A DNA stretch of 64,000 bases from Macrostomum lignano (GCA_002269645.1 NIVC01002653.1:1-64000), one strand, 5' to 3'; numbered from the stretch's first letter, positions 1-14,500 are shown. Translations and numbers: made by a program. The notes: generated by a model not told the origin, from the sequence alone.

Positions 1-248
1 AACTGGTGAAACTGGTTCCGCATTGGATCTAACTGGTGAACTGGTTCCGCAATTGGTTCTAACTGGTGAACTGGTTCCGCATTGGATCTAACTGGTGAAC
101 TGGTTCCGCATTGGATTCTAACTGGTGAACTGGTTCCGCATTGGATCTAACTGGTGAACTGGTTCCGCATTGGATCCAACTGGTGAGCTGGTTCCGCATT
201 GGATCTAACTGGTGAACTGGTTCCGCATTGGATCTAACTGTTGAACTG
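1..248. repeat. 29-bp minisatellite (AACTGGTGAACTGGTTCCGCATTGGATCT), truncated by window edge
   Basis: About 8 near-identical tandem units read directly; intronic to the minus-strand gene ending at 2619. Confidence 0.95.
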
Positions 249-291
249 GAGAACATGCATCAAGAACAAACACAAGTACATGGACACTTAC

Positions 292-2619
292 ACAGAACTG
301 CAGGCAGCTCGCGATGAGCCAGTTCATTGAACAGTCCTGACTGGTTCACCCGACACAAAACGGATGCTGAGCTTCCCAGCTCCTGCTCACAATCACTGAG
401 AATGTGCTGCTTGAGTTCGTGCTCTGAAATGAGTCAGTATTCACAGCTAAATGTCAGATCATTGTTGCCATGCACCCAATACACAGGTGCAACCATGGCC
501 AGTGTGAGACTCACTGACAGCAGCTGAAGCGCTGTGTTTCCATTTCGCTGTGACTGGACAGAGCAGCTGTGGCTGATTGGCATCCAGTAGCAACCCGGTG
601 TGTCAGCTGTCAGATTGACGGCTGCTCCGTCTGTCCAGCTGGTGTTTGCGAGGAGCAGAAAGTGAGTGGTGCAGGGCTCTGGAAGGGTTTGAGTAGTGAG
701 TGGTGCAGGGCTCTGGAAGAGTTTGAGTAGTGAGTGGTGCAGGGCTCTGGAAGGGTTTGAGTAGTGAGTGGTGTAGGGCTCTGAAGGGTTTGAGTAGTGA
801 GTGGTGCAGGGCTCCGGAAGGGTTTGAGTAGTAAGTGGTGCAGGGCTCTGGAAGAGTTTGAGTAGTGAGTGGTGCAGGGCTCTGGAAGAGTTTGAGTAGT
901 GAGTAGTGCAGGCTCGGAAGGGTTTGAGTAGTGAGTGGTGCAGGGCTGTAAGCCTGGGTTTGTAAGCCTGACTCACTGGCTGACTGCACACCCAGTGTGT
1001 GCGAAGTGCCAATCGCAGTCCCACCGCTGCAGCTGTGTCGGCACTTCAAATCCGCCCCGTGCATCCGCAGCCGCACTGTAAAAGTTCTCAGAATCAGAGA
1101 GCTGGCCAAGACCGCCCTCTGCAATGCGAATGCCCATCTGCGCTGTTTAATTCCCATATCTGGTGCAAGCTCAAGTATTTATCTCAATCGAACTCTTACC
1201 GAACTCAACTCCAAGAGATCAGTGCCGTTCCGCATTCTGATGCTGCAGTTTGATGCAGCAGGTGCTCTGCAGTTTCCTGGCAGCCGAGCTCGAGTCATCA
1301 CTTTCTCATTGAGCTTGAGCTGAGACAAGTCTTCCACAAAGCATCCGCTCTGATATTGCCTGCAGAAGTCAGCTGGAGAGCAGCCAGAGCTGCTGTCTCT
1401 GTTACGCTGAAAGCAGTCTCTTTTCTCAATTTCAAGCAGCTCAAAGTTCATCATCTTGTCAGTCTGATTGGCCACGAACTTCCTCAGCAGCACATACTGC
1501 CCCATCTGCAATGCGATGCTGCAGCACTGCGAATTCCAATATTGAAAGATTAGCAGCAACTGGGTGACAAACCTTGACATCGGCCTCAGCTGAGCAGGTC
1601 ACTTCATGCACCAAGTGCGACCTGAGTGAATTGCTGCTGTCATTTCTGGTGAAGCCGCAGTGTTGGAATCCGGACAGACTGTGACTGAAATGGCTGCAGT
1701 GCAGTTGGGTGCATCCTCATCCAGACCGGCTGGCTTCTCCTCACTGAGCAGCACTTCGATGCCCAGGGCTCTGTGGCTGACTGAGAAAAGTTTAGGGGCA
1801 AAATCTGATTCAAATTATTTCAGATTTATATGAAATGTGAGGGAGGACTCACCCTCCTGTCTCCATAGACAGTGATGGAGCGCACTGGGACACTTCGAAA
1901 CAGCTTCAGCAGCAGCCACTGGTAGCCGGAGGGGTCCGGAGTGTCGCTGGTAAGAAAATAGGCCCACTGCCCCGGCTTGTCCATTGATCTGATGAAGCAG
2001 TCGCATTCTGGGTGATTGTAGACAGACGATTGCCAGGCATTGGCGATTCAGCTCTGGAGACCTTGATGGCACAGCCTGTGGATGTGGAGGTTCAACAACT
2101 TCGAAATATGACCTGTTATGAGACCATTGTGCGTTGTTTACGCTTTTGTCACAGTCAGCCAATTAGATAGAACTGCACGTAAGTCAACTAAAACTCCATG
2201 GACATTTGCTCCATGGACAGCTAAAGCAGAAGAAAGTTTTCAGTGTTTTTTTACTTCTGAACTTCTGGATTCAAAATCCAGCAAGTATGCCTTGTGTCCG
2301 AGGTACGCTCACCAGTTTACCAGTACGATTTCACTGGAACTGCTACCGGAGACCGGCAGATAAACACACAGTTTCAGTGAACGAAATCTCAGCTGTTTCT
2401 GGTTGTAGTGTGCAAATTCTCCCCACAGAATTTCCCAATGGCGAAACCTCATCCAGAGCTTAGTTCTCAAAAACTGAAAACTTTCAATCCCACTGATCAG
2501 CATCAGCAAAAATAATTGAATTCTTTAACTTTAAGGAGAAACAGTCGTAGTCACTTACTGTTACTTATACAGTACGAAATGATTGCAAGGCACAGAAGTT
2601 CCTTCATGTGGACAGTCAT
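292..2619 (-). CDS. Surface/secreted protein, signal peptide + F-type-lectin (FTP/discoidin)-like domain + Ig-like domains; 3' end beyond window; several apparent frameshifts (pseudogene or assembly indels)
   Basis: Inferred exons 2619-2559 (MTVHMKELLCLAIISYCISN, GTAAGT donor), 2075-1853 (NAWQSSVYNHPECDCF...YQWLLLKLFRSVPVRSITVYG), 1780-1573, 1526-1200 (GQYVLLRKF...FELLEIE), 1075-977 (VRLRMHGADLKC...TLGVQ), 638-515, 423-292. Motifs parallel the gene at 48383-51683. Frame needs +1 nt at about 5-6 places. Confidence 0.6.
663..948. repeat. ~34-bp minisatellite (GTGAGTGGTGCAGGGCTCTGGAAGGGTTTGAGTA)
   Basis: About 8 tandem units filling the intron between exons at 977 and 638. Confidence 0.95.
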
Positions 2620-2714
2620 ATCGCAGAGCTGTACTTTGTAAAAAAACAATTTTACATATAAGCTGCTGCTAGCAACAGCTGTGGTATCGCTGGGCCTCCC
2701 AACCTTAGTCGAGC

Positions 2715-2850
2715 CGATGTTTATAGGAAAGCGGCAGGGCTGCGTGTGGAGGCGGAAGTGCAGCCGCAGCCCATAGGCTGGAAGAAGATTGGCTGGCTGG
2801 CTGGCTGCAAAGCAGGCAAGCGAGGTGCGAGATTGGAGGCCAATGAGGCG
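2715..2850 (-). promoter_or_regulatory. Candidate core promoter: TATA box (CCTATAAA, 2720-2727) and CCAAT boxes (2788, 2832, 2840)
   Basis: Motifs lie about 100-220 nt upstream of the ATG at 2619 in a GC-rich patch. Confidence 0.5.
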
Positions 2851-3000
2851 GGCGAAGATGGCGGAATCAGCAGCTTCTCTCAGCAGTGAGGGGCTTGAAG
2901 AAATGTGAGGACAGAAGATCCTCATTCATTTTCTGCCTGCCTGGGGGGTCTTTCTCAAAAGCAACTTATGATCGGCCATAGACGTAAGTTGGGGAGGAAG

Positions 3001-4002
3001 TGCCTGTGCTATAGAATCAAGAGTAATTTTAAGAGCTAGGAGGCTCCTTTAAGGAGACCATTTTAGGAGACCAGTGGCGGATCCTGGGGGGGGGGGGGCA
3101 AGGGGACCATGGCCCCCCCTCAGCTGCCTCGAAAAAAATTCTGCTCTTGGCCTTTGGCCCCCTTCTACCAGTAAGTAAAGAAAGGGCTTGGGCCTTGGGG
3201 TGGGTTCCTACTCGGGCAGCATGAAAAAAGTTGGCCCCCTCAATAAATTCCTGGATCCGCGCCTGTAGGAGACCTCATAAAGGTTTCTGCAAGTGCTAAA
3301 GAATAAGGAGAGAGGAGTTGGAGCTACTGTGGGTGCTGGATGTTGCCGTTTCGGAGTGAATTTTAGGAGTGCGTGTCCTATAGAAGGAGCGAATTTCATT
3401 TCTAGCTCCTAACTCCGATAGTTAGATTTCAAGGGCCAAATTGTACTCTTAGGTTAGTAGGAGTGTCTTTTTGTCATGTTTTCGGACAGTGACCTGGGCT
3501 CTGACGATAAAGACGCCAACGTTTGGCGACCCAGGCAATTCAGGCAAAGGATAAACTCTTCGAAGAATTCCGTACTGCATCTCGATTTCGGCTCAATGAG
3601 AGTCAACGCCAATTTCAACAAACATTGTTGCATCTTAAAACATCACGAATCAGCTTAGATTCCGACATGTACTCTTTTCTGTGAGCTGTTTTGCTGAGTA
3701 CAATATTTACCACTTTTATGGTCTCTAATAGCACCCTTCACCCTTCTTTTACGATATTTCTTATACCAGAGTTAGTTGTTTATCAAATGGGAGCAATTAA
3801 CTAACGATAGCAGTTAAACCATTTCTATTGACTTGGTCTATCAACTAATTGAATGCGCAGGCTTGTAGTATAAAATGGTTTTACTGCTTTACACGCTCGT
3901 AGCTCACGAGAGCCGCTTTTCACAGGGCAATAAAAGCTTGTTGTTGTTGCATTACTCCTTAAAAGTGCATATATTTAGGAGGAGTTTAATATAGCACGCA
4001 GA
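3001..4002. mobile_element. Degenerate PIF/Harbinger-like non-autonomous DNA element (tentative)
   Basis: Short terminal inverted match (GTGCTATA...TATAGCAC), many subterminal TAGGAG/CTCCT motifs, and a frameshifted fragment RPRQFRQRIN / FEEFRTASRFRL at ~3525-3600 resembling Harbinger transposase N-termini. Confidence 0.35.
3072..3265. mobile_element. hAT-type MITE
   Basis: TIRs CAGTGGCGGATCC...GGATCCGCGCCTG; perfect 8-bp TSD TAGGAGAC on both sides. Confidence 0.85.
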
Positions 4003-4698
4003 TTGGCCAGACTTCTTAGCCAATCACGCATCGGCAATTCTAGGATTGCAATCTGTGAAACTTACTCAGGCAGGATAAAACAAAACAAAACCAATTCAGA
4101 CAATCTTCAAAACTCCTAAAACAAAAAAAATTTCAGCTTCAGTAATACTTTAGTTTTCGCAACGCTTTATTCGCATTTCTGATTAACGGAGTAATAAAAC
4201 AATCAGATAAGAGTTATCAATCAGTCAGTCAATCAGTCACTGGAACACACGCAAGTCAGAGAGGCAAGCAAAGCTACTCAATCAGTGATTATCAAACGCC
4301 ATTGGCAGGAGTCGGACTCCCCATTGCATCTGCTGTAGAGCTCAAATGACAAAATCAAAAATTAAAACAAGGAAAAGCGAGGCGATCGACAGAAATATTC
4401 GGCGAAATGTTTCAGCCAGCAGTCCGAAAAAGGGGATCAGGCCGCAGGGAGGATGATAAACAGTTTATAGCAGTACAGGTGCGCTTAACCGATTGGTGCA
4501 GCTGCACCAGAGCAGTGCAGTGCCCGGTGCGAGGGTGCAAATCCTGCGGCTCTGATCCCCTTTCCTCAGGGCAGTGCTGAACGGCCATGCAAAAAGAGCG
4601 AAAAGTACACAAACCGTCAAGTAAAAGTGCAGCCAGTAAAAGAAATCTATATTTCGATACATATCGGTAGGTTGAATTCGCTGAAACTCTTCTAAAAC

Positions 4699-4888
<190 letters not shown>

Positions 4889-5586
4889 TATTTTAGTGTT
4901 TACTAAATAACACATTAAACCATTTACATTTCCAGTTAAACAAAAGGTCTTCAGAACTTGGGCTCCAACAACCAAAGAGGAAATCCAAATAAATCAATAT
5001 CACAAAGCTCAATTCCATTGCCAACACTCACAGAGAAGTGCTAGAAGAAGTGGATTATCAGAATCAAAGACTCCGGAATGCTTGCAGTGTGTGAAGAGAG
5101 ACGGATATGCATAGAAACAGCAGAGGTGCATTGATCAGTTCTGATTGTTAGTGCTGGATTTCAGTAAAAAAGAACATAAGCTAAAAACTGTACCAGTTAA
5201 AATGATGAATAACAAGCAATGAATTCATGCATTTTTATGTACAGGAAAGCAAAATTAAATGAAATTTGGAAGTGAATCATATTGCACATACAATAAATAA
5301 TGTACTCATTTAGTAAGACTGTCTGTTAAATTAGAATGGATTGCTAATCTACGATAGCATACAGTTAGACTAGCAATCCGCTTATAGATAAAATTTGTGG
5401 AATAAAAAACGCTTGCCAACAGCACTACTTCTAGTACTGAAACAGAAACAGACAGCAAATTTTTATATAAACTCTTTTTCATCCAAATACCTCCTGTTAA
5501 AGGTCTCGAAGGTCAGATTGAACATCTAGATGAGCTCGAACAACTTATTTGATTGAACAGTGTCAAAGGCTAGGGGGGGACTTCAG

Positions 5587-8500
5587 CTAAGAGTCAGTTC
5601 CATAGTTCCGGTTCACCAGGAAGTAGCGCTGCTCGGTGATCAAAGCTGGACTCGAGCACAGCGGCTGCTGCTGCTGTTGTTGCTGAAGGTCGGGAGTCTG
5701 CTGGACCTGTGGCTCAGCTAACTGCTGTTGCTGCTGTTGCTGCTGTTGCTGCTCCTGTGCTGACGGTAGGCTGTAGAAACTGTGCAGCAGCGGCCTCTCT
5801 AAAACCACCGCCGCAGAAGCCGTCGAGTCCAACGCGCGGCCACCATCGACGAAGCTGTCGATTTCGTCGGACTCGAAATCGTCGAGATCGCCGGCGTCGC
5901 CAGCCGAGGAGGACATGAACCAGCGGGTTCGCCTGGCCAGCTGCTGCAGCTGCCGGCGCTTCACTGAGTTGAACCTGCCCGACGGGGTGCGCTGGTGCAG
6001 CACCGACTGGGGGAAGGCGGCTGGGTCCGCCACCGCTGTGGTGTCCTTCGACTGCTGCTGATGCTGGCCTTCGCTTGCCTTAATTCGAATTTAAATGATA
6101 ATACTGTTTATAAGCACTGCTTGCTACTGATTGCTTTTAAGTAGCAAATATGGACATTTTTAATCACTGAATCGAGAAGCGCAACTATCTGTGAAGCGTT
6201 GTGAATCATTCACTGTTTTTTGTCTTTGCTTTCATCTCTGTGTTGACATGGTTGGCGGGCGAGGTGGGTGAAAGAGTGAGGTGGGTGATGGTAGTGAGGT
6301 GGGGGAAGGAGTGAGGTGGGGGAAGTAGTGGGGTGGGTGAAGGAGTGGGGTGGGTGAAGGAGTGGGGTGGGGGAAGTAGTGGGGTGGGGGAAGTAGTGGG
6401 GTGACTGAAGGAGTAGGTGGGTGAAAGGGTGGCGTGGGTGAAGGAGCGGGGTGGGTGAATGAGTGGGGTGGGGGAAGGAGTGGGGTGGGGAAGGAGTGGG
6501 TGGGTGAAGGAGTGGGTGGGTGAAGGAGTGGGGTGGGGGAAGGAGTGGGGTGGGTGAATGAGTGGGATGGGGGAAGGAGTGGGATGGGGGAAGGAGTGGC
6601 GTGGGTGAAGGAGCGGGGTGGGTGAATGAGTGGGGTGGGGGAAGGAGTGGGGTGGGGGAAGGAGTGGGGTGGGTGAAGGAGTGGGTGGGTGAAGGAGTGG
6701 GGTGGGTGAAGGAGTGGGGTGGGTGAATGAGTGGGGTGGGGGAAGGAGTGGGTGGGTGAATGAGTGGGATGGGGGAAGGAGTGGGGTGGGTGAAGGAGTG
6801 GGTGGGTGAAGGAGTGGGTTGGGTGAAAGAGTGGGGTGGGTGAAGATTGGAGTTAACAATCAGGCCTAGTAGTGGATGAAGTTTGCTCATAAATTATTAG
6901 ACTGCATACGAAGCAAAACAGTTTAAAGAATCTGATAAAGTTAATCTTTGATTAAAATTAAAAAATTAATACTTCTGAAACGAAACGGAAAAATTCTGAA
7001 TTGATTTCGGACCGTATAAAACATGTCAGACAAATGTTTATAACTTACTTTACGTTAGTAAACTACTGTTAGCATTATTAATTAAAGAGTTTATGCGACG
7101 TATTTTTATTGAAGAGGCTACAAAATTATCAACAGAAAGCATTGCTATGCATAACTTATTAGACTGCGGGTTATTAATTAAGCGGCTAGTTAAATCGCTG
7201 GAATAATAGCTAATACTCAAAATTAATATTTGTTTTTTTCACTCAGCATGCGTGCAGACTAAAAGCGCTGCGGGTTAAAAGCTGGAATTAACAAGCTTTG
7301 TTTAAAACTAGTTTTTTTGTTAAAATCGAGTTACCAATTCCGAGTGGCAGCAGCGTGCCGGATGCTGGGCAACATCAGCAACATCATCATCATCCTCATC
7401 AACACTAACTGGAGGCACAGACAGGCACTGGAGGAAACGGGTAAAGTAGTATATAACGCATTTGCATGGATTAATTTGCATATAAAATTAAATTCAGTAC
7501 GGATTCGCTATTGCACGTGCAACACACTACTGATTGAGCATAACTGATCGCAGTAGCATGCAGGGAGTATGAATGTCTAATGTATGCAACTTTAAAAAAA
7601 ACGTTTAGGGAACAATAGTAAGCACAACCAGAAACGCTGCTTTATATGGGCAATCATAGGTCAGTTAAAATTGTGTTTTCCTCTAAGTTTCAGAAGGAAG
7701 CTATTAAACAAAAATGAGTCAAGTTGAAAGCAAGGCCTATGCAAAGTTTGAAACAATATGAGAAGCCAAACAGTTTTTTGCTTTTTTCAAATGAGTGAGA
7801 ATTTTTACCCAAAACCTTAAGTAATTTGACGGGTCCTCATAAAAAGTGAGACTCGAACTCGCGACCTAGGCGAGTAAAAAACTCTTCCCTTGCTACTCAT
7901 CAGTAGGCGATTTCTTATGAATACCGGTAGGCCTTCAAAAACACTAATGCAATCCTTTAAGCGTGCACCGCCACAAAGTGCCACTTACTCTACGAATTCC
8001 AACTGACATCGGCAGGGTGGAGAGCGAGGGCGGAGCCGGCGGCAGTGGCGGCTGCTGCGACGGCTGCTGCTGCTGCAGCTGAGGAGACAGCGGCGGTTTT
8101 GTCCGCTGAAAGGCGGTGATGTCCGACTGCATGCTGTACACGGACAGCGAGTCACTCGGGCCGAACAGGCTGTTAGGGTTGGCCCGGTCTACGGCGTTTG
8201 AGTTGGCGTTGGCTAGTGATGGGTTCATGGGAGGCTGCAGCGAGGCGTACTCGGTGATGAGGGTCGGAGTCACGTCTGGTGGGTGGTTTGGTCGGAGGGA
8301 GGAACGGATCGTGATGATTTCAAAAGAGGAAAAAAACTTCTAAATAAACTTGGAAGTCGGAAAGTCGGAAAATGAATCAGATGTTATTTTTAGATCCCAA
8401 GCTTCTACATGACGTCAGACACTATTTTTAGAACCGAAGCTTGTACATGCCGTCCGATGCTATTTTTAGAACCGAAGCTTGTACATGCCATCCGATGCTA

Positions 8501-11500
8501 TTTTTAGAACCGAAGCTTGTACACGACGTCATTTGCTATTTTTAGAATCAACACTATCATGACGTCATTCTATTTTTAGAGTCGATTCTTGATCATAACG
8601 CCAGATACTATATATAGAATTGAAGCTTCCAGTTCCAAAGACTGCAAACTTACCAAACGCGGCACCGCGATAATTCTCAAGGCCGTCTCGCATAACGTTC
8701 TTGAACTGCGCCTCCGAGATAGCTGAACAAGTGTATGAGGCGAAAAAAGCATTGGTATTTTAGACATTAGGCTGAGCTATGCGTGTATAATTTTACTTGT
8801 TATTTAAACCACATATTACGAGTATTAACGGAAAATTTTGACAAAAAACAACACCAAAAAGAGAAATCAAATTGGTGCATTATCTTGGCTAGATAAATTA
8901 AAAATATTTCAATAAGGCAAAAAGTAGCCTACTGACAACAGTAGTAGATATCTAGTGTGTACCTTTTTATCGCTTAATATCTAAAGTGTTGGGCTGGAGG
9001 CCCAGTGCTAAACACGATGAAACCATGTGCAACTCTCAATATCTCAGCACCAGTTATACTCGCAATAAAAAATTAATATTATTCTCCTGCGCAAATAACT
9101 CTACTGGAAAGAGTAGTATCATTCAACTGTCCAATAAATTTATAAGCAACTATCTCTACAGAAATAATACGTGTTAAGAATGATAAAGAGACACGGAGTG
9201 CTGTCTTGAAGAAGCTGCAAAGGCTGTAAACCAATTACCGGTTCCAGGCACAAAAGTGACAGGTGCGCGCTAAAAATAAACCGAAAGCTTTACCATCGAC
9301 GATTATGTGAAAGCCGCGCTTCTGAGACTCGGCAGTCAGAATTTCGGCAAACAGCTGCATTGCCCGCTGGCCTGGGGGGCGATCGCGGCTTCATTGTAAG
9401 CTTGCCTAACTGGCCATCAGCTGACTCTGCCTACACTGGTGCTGCGAGCGGGCCCAGCAACTGAGGATCTGGGAGGTTGGCCTAGCAACTGAGGATCTGG
9501 GAGGCTGGCTCAGCAACTGAGGATCTGGGAGGCTGGCCCAGCAACTGAGAATCTGGGAGGCTGGCCCAGCAACTGAGGATCTGTGAGGCTGGCACAGCAA
9601 CTGAGAATCTGGGAAACTGGCCCAGCAACTGAGGATCTGGGAGGCTGGCCCAGCAATTGAAAATCTGGGAGGCTGGCACAGCAACTGAGGATCTGGGAGG
9701 CTGGCCCAGCAACTGAGGATCTGAGAGGCTGGCACAGCAACTGAGAATCTGGGAAACTGGCTCAGCAACTGAGGTTCTGGGAAGCTGGCCAAGCAACTGA
9801 GGATCTGGGAGGTTGGCCCAGCAACTGAGGATCTGAGAAACTGGCCCAGCAACTGAGGATCTGAGAACAAGGAATTAGCGGAAAACCCCCCAAGAAAAAG
9901 CCGGTGCTTAAGTCAAAGTCCATCTACAAAATCCATCTACTACAAGAGCCTTGAGTAAATTACTCAAAGTCATTTCAGAGAAAAAATCACACAAGAGGTC
10001 AAGTGGACCCGCCAGACCCAGTAAGTACACGCAGCCATCTATCTTGATTAGTTGCAGAGCTAACTTTCTTCATCCTTGTCCTGTCTCTCTCGAAGCCCCC
10101 CCCCCGTGACACTAAAGACACAGCCGCCCAGCTGTCGGGGGCAAGAAGCTTAGGACAGATAGAGAAGATTAAAGAAAGCACTTTTAATATCGAGCTGTTT
10201 ACATCGGAGATAAGAGAGTTTATTATGCCTTACAATCTATTTCTCGAGCAGCAAGATGTACTATTAAAGTCCAGATAATTGAGTAGATTCGCGTCCCCGT
10301 TTCGTGAAATCTTTGCAAGTCAATTTGGGCGGCTGTCAAAAGCAGGGCAAAAACAGGATTTTCTTCCTTTGGACTTCATAAGTCTGCCGCATTTTTAACC
10401 TGCCCGAGTGGCCCTGGCTGGTATATTTTTGTATTTTTTGTTTTGATGGACAGAATTTTTGCGACCAGACGTCATTTTGTTAAAAAAGGAAAACTGTCGG
10501 ATCCCCGAGAGAAGGCCGTCTGTGTCTTTTCTTCAAACCCTTGTGCGTTTCATTGTGTAGCAAACTGCAGGACGCACGAACAGTATTCAAATTGTAGCGG
10601 GAAATCCATCAGCAGGGGGGGTGGCTGGGGGCAGGGGAGAATGGAGATGAAGGAAAAAGGTTGGGGGTGAAGAGAGAGAGAGATGAAGGGAGATGGATGA
10701 AGAGAGCTAGATGAAGGGAGATGGATGAGGGGAGAGAGATGAAGAGAGATGGATGAGGGACAGAGATCAAGGGAGAGAGATAAAGGGAGATGGATGAGGG
10801 AGCTAGATGAAGGGAGAGAGATGAAGGGAGAGAGAGATGAAGGGAGAGATGAAGGGAGAGAGATGAAGGGAGATGGATGAAGGGAGAGAGATGAAGGGAG
10901 AGAGATGAAGGGAGAGAGATGAAGGGAGAGATGAAGGGAGAGAGATGAAGGGAGAGAGATGAAAGGGAGAGAGATGAAAGGGAGAGAGATGAAGGGAGAG
11001 ATAAAGGGAGAGAGATGAAGGGAGAGAGAGATGAAGGGAGAGATGAAGGGAGAGAGATGAAGGGAGAGAGATGAAGGGAGAGATGAAGGGAGAGAGATGA
11101 AGGGAGATGGATGAAGGGAGGCTGGCCCAGAGGGATGAAGTGAGAGGGTGAAGCGAGAGTATGTGGTGTAGAGTGTGAAAAAAAGCATTTCTACATGTAA
11201 TTAAATAGGCAAGGTTTATTTTGTCGCCTAATCTCCTAAATATCCTGTCTGTTTCAGAATTAATAAAATAGAATATTGGCACAGAAAAAAAGAAGGAAGT
11301 AACTTACGAGACATGCTGGGCGGGTAGCTGACCTCGTAGGCGTACAGTTGGCTGCGGTTGATGGAGGTGCCGGTGGTGCTGGTGAAGTACTCAATCAGCT
11401 CAGAGCCGAACAGGTCCTCGGAAGCGAATCCGGAGATCAGCAGCTCCATCACTTTTGAGGCGCGTTCCACCTTAATATAGGGGATATAGAATTATTATTA

Positions 11501-14500
11501 TTATTGTAGATGATCTCCTACAGTATCTGACTGTTAAGGGTCAGGTGACGTCCTACAGTATCTGAATATTTGGGGTCACGTGACCTCTACAGTATCTGAC
11601 TATTAGGGGTCTCGTGACCTCCTACAGTATCTGGCAATTAGGGGGTCAGATGACGTCTACAGTATCTGACTATTAGGGGTCAGGTGACCTCCTACAGTAT
11701 CTGACTATTAGGGGTCTCGTGACCTCCTACAGTATCTGGCAATTAGGGGGTCAGATGACCTCTACAGTATCTGACTATTAGGGGTCAGGTGACCTCCTAC
11801 AGTATCTGACTATTAGGGGTCAGGTGACCTCCTACAGTATCTGACTATTAGGGGTCATGTGACCTCCTACAGTATCTGACTGTTAGGGGTCAGGTGACCT
11901 CCTACAGTATCTGACTAATAGTGGTCGAGTGATCTCTTAAGCTCAGCCCAGTGAGTATTTCTGAATAACCAAACGCCTTACTTTTCTAGGATCGTCTGTG
12001 CACGAGTGGAACATTGAACCGGCAACGCTCTTGGCGACAGCCTCCACGGACATGGAGTTCACGTCGGTGTGGTAGATCATGCGGAACCAGATGCCGAATA
12101 GCAGGGCCAGAAGCTGCTGCACTGCCAGGGGCTGACTGGCAATCACCCTGCGATTGGGGGGGGGGCGGATGGAGTAGCATTAAAAGCAATGTTGACCCTG
12201 ATAAACCTCTTGGGGTCACTTGATCTCAAATGGACTACTGGGGAGGGGGTCAGGTGACCTCCTATGGACTACTCGGGGTTAGGTGACCTCCGATGGACTA
12301 CTGGGGGGTCAGGTGACCTCCTATGGACTACTCGGGGTTAGGTGACCTCCGATGAACTACTGGGGGTCAGGTGACTTTCGATTGACTACTGGAGGTCAAA
12401 GGACCAGAGGTCAGGTGACCTCCAATGGATTTATGGGGGTTGAGTTAACTTCGACAGACTCCTAGGGGATCAAGTGACCTCCTACTGACTACTAGGGCCC
12501 AGTGACCTCTAGGGGCGTGGCAGATGACCTCAGGCAGAAGCCTACATTGAAAGCCAAGCCTACCCAAATCAATATAAAGATGACTCAAAGCTCATAGTCT
12601 TGCAAGTCTTCTTGTTTTCGATTGCTAAGCAGGAAGGCTATGGAATAATAACATTGGCTAAACGAGGTCAAAAGATGATGCTGCATCCGGGCAGCTGGGC
12701 CGTGACCTTTGCAGGAGAATACAACACAGTCAATTCACCTCATGATAAATATGGCAAAGCCTGGGCCTGCAGAATCTAGTTTGGCATCCCAATAATAGAT
12801 GACGCAATCGCTTGGAATTGCCACAGCTTTTCCAGGAAACCGATTACGTAATAGCAACAGCGCGCTATATTCTTTCTACAATAAAAAACCCCCCCTCAAG
12901 ATACTCTATTGGTTCTATGCTGTCAAACTCCACTGCTTCATCCTCATTGCCGCTTGCTTCGTTAAGTTTCTACCGCGCGGGAGCTTCAAGGGCTGTTGAG
13001 AAGAACAATTCCCGAGGAGCAATGCAGTGAGATAAGATACTGCCATCGGATCCTCATAGGAAGCCAGCTCATTAACTGGGGAGACGATAACGCAGGTCTA
13101 CCGTATGGCAAGAGGCCTGTGAAACCACAATAGCTCTGAGGCCCCACCCTTAACGTTCTCGGGTTTCCGCCAGCTAGGAGGGTGCCGTAGCTCCCAAACC
13201 CCAATTTATTGTAGCAAAGAAAAGGCGTAGCCAGGAACACCCTACCTGTGTTCATCAATCAGGCTTTTTAGGCATTTTGCTAGAAAGCAAATGCAAGAAA
13301 CTCATCCGTTTTTTGCCTTCGAATACTGTTTATTAATATACAACACAAAGTGTACATAGCGGGGCCCAGATAAGAAACACATAATGTATATCAGGGGTAG
13401 GACCGAGATAACACAGAATGTACATCAGGGATAGGACCGAGATAACACGGAATGTACATTGGGGAGAGGGACGAGATAACACGGAATGTACATTGGGGAG
13501 AGGGCCGAGATAACACGGAATGTACATTGGAGAGAGGGCTGAGATAACACGGAATGTACATTGGAGAGAGGGCTGAGATAACACGGAATGTACATTGAAG
13601 AGAGGGCTGAGATAACACGGAATGTACATTATGGAGAGGGCTGAGATAACACGGAATGTACATTGGGGGGAGGGCTGAGATAACTCGGAATGTACATTGG
13701 GGGGGGGGACTGAGATAACTCGGAATGTACATTGGGGGGGAGGGACGAGATAACTCGAAATGAAACCACAGTAAAGTTGAACAGACTTGGATTAAGACCG
13801 CATGAATATTTTGAATTATAATACTAATGATATTTAATTACACCTGCCCTAATAGGCAGATGTACAACCGACAGCTCTGCCGCAGCCATTGCGCGGAGCA
13901 TCTGAAGGCTGCGTACGGCTGTTCAGTCTAAGGACTGGGGGGGGGGGGGGGGGGTCGCCACACACCCTCAATTACCCCAGCTATGGCACCCATTTTACAG
14001 CTGGGTGAATTGAAGCAATGCAGAGTTAAGTGTCTTGCTCAAGGACACAAATTGTTCCGAGTGGGTCGAGAATCGAACCCTCGACCTTTCAATCGTCATA
14101 TAAATATTGAATGCAATATGTAAATTTCGGCAGCAAAAGTCCCGCAGGCATCTAGAGCCAATTTAATTAAAGTCAGAGAAACTATTGCCGTATATTAATT
14201 ATGTGGAAACGGGAAATCATATTAATTAACCATGCCACCAAAAAATGCTACCTTAAAAGGTATGCGATACAGAAAGAGAGAGATTTTCTTTCTAACGAAC
14301 ACCCACGTTGTTAGGTAACCAGAAGTGGAGAGAAGCTACATTAGTTAAGCATACGGGTACGGTAGATCTATCAGAGCTGAAGTCTCCGCCAGGTGCAGCT
14401 CTGTTATCTGCATATGGACTGCTAAGCGAACTTATTGAATCTTTCACAGAATATTTAAATCTAAAATGTACATTCACGAATCTGTCAGACGAGGCCAGCT

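Noticed and set aside
4412-4680. Possible extra exon downstream of the RhoGAP gene
   Set aside because: The RhoGAP frame already stops at 5587; no recognisable domain and the ORF depends on the TCTG repeat
7850-7920. CTGATGA on the minus strand, possible hammerhead ribozyme (also checked 32487, 56594, 59808 and the CTGAGTGA repeat at 35179)
   Set aside because: No stem II closed by GAAA and no stem I/III pairing found by eye
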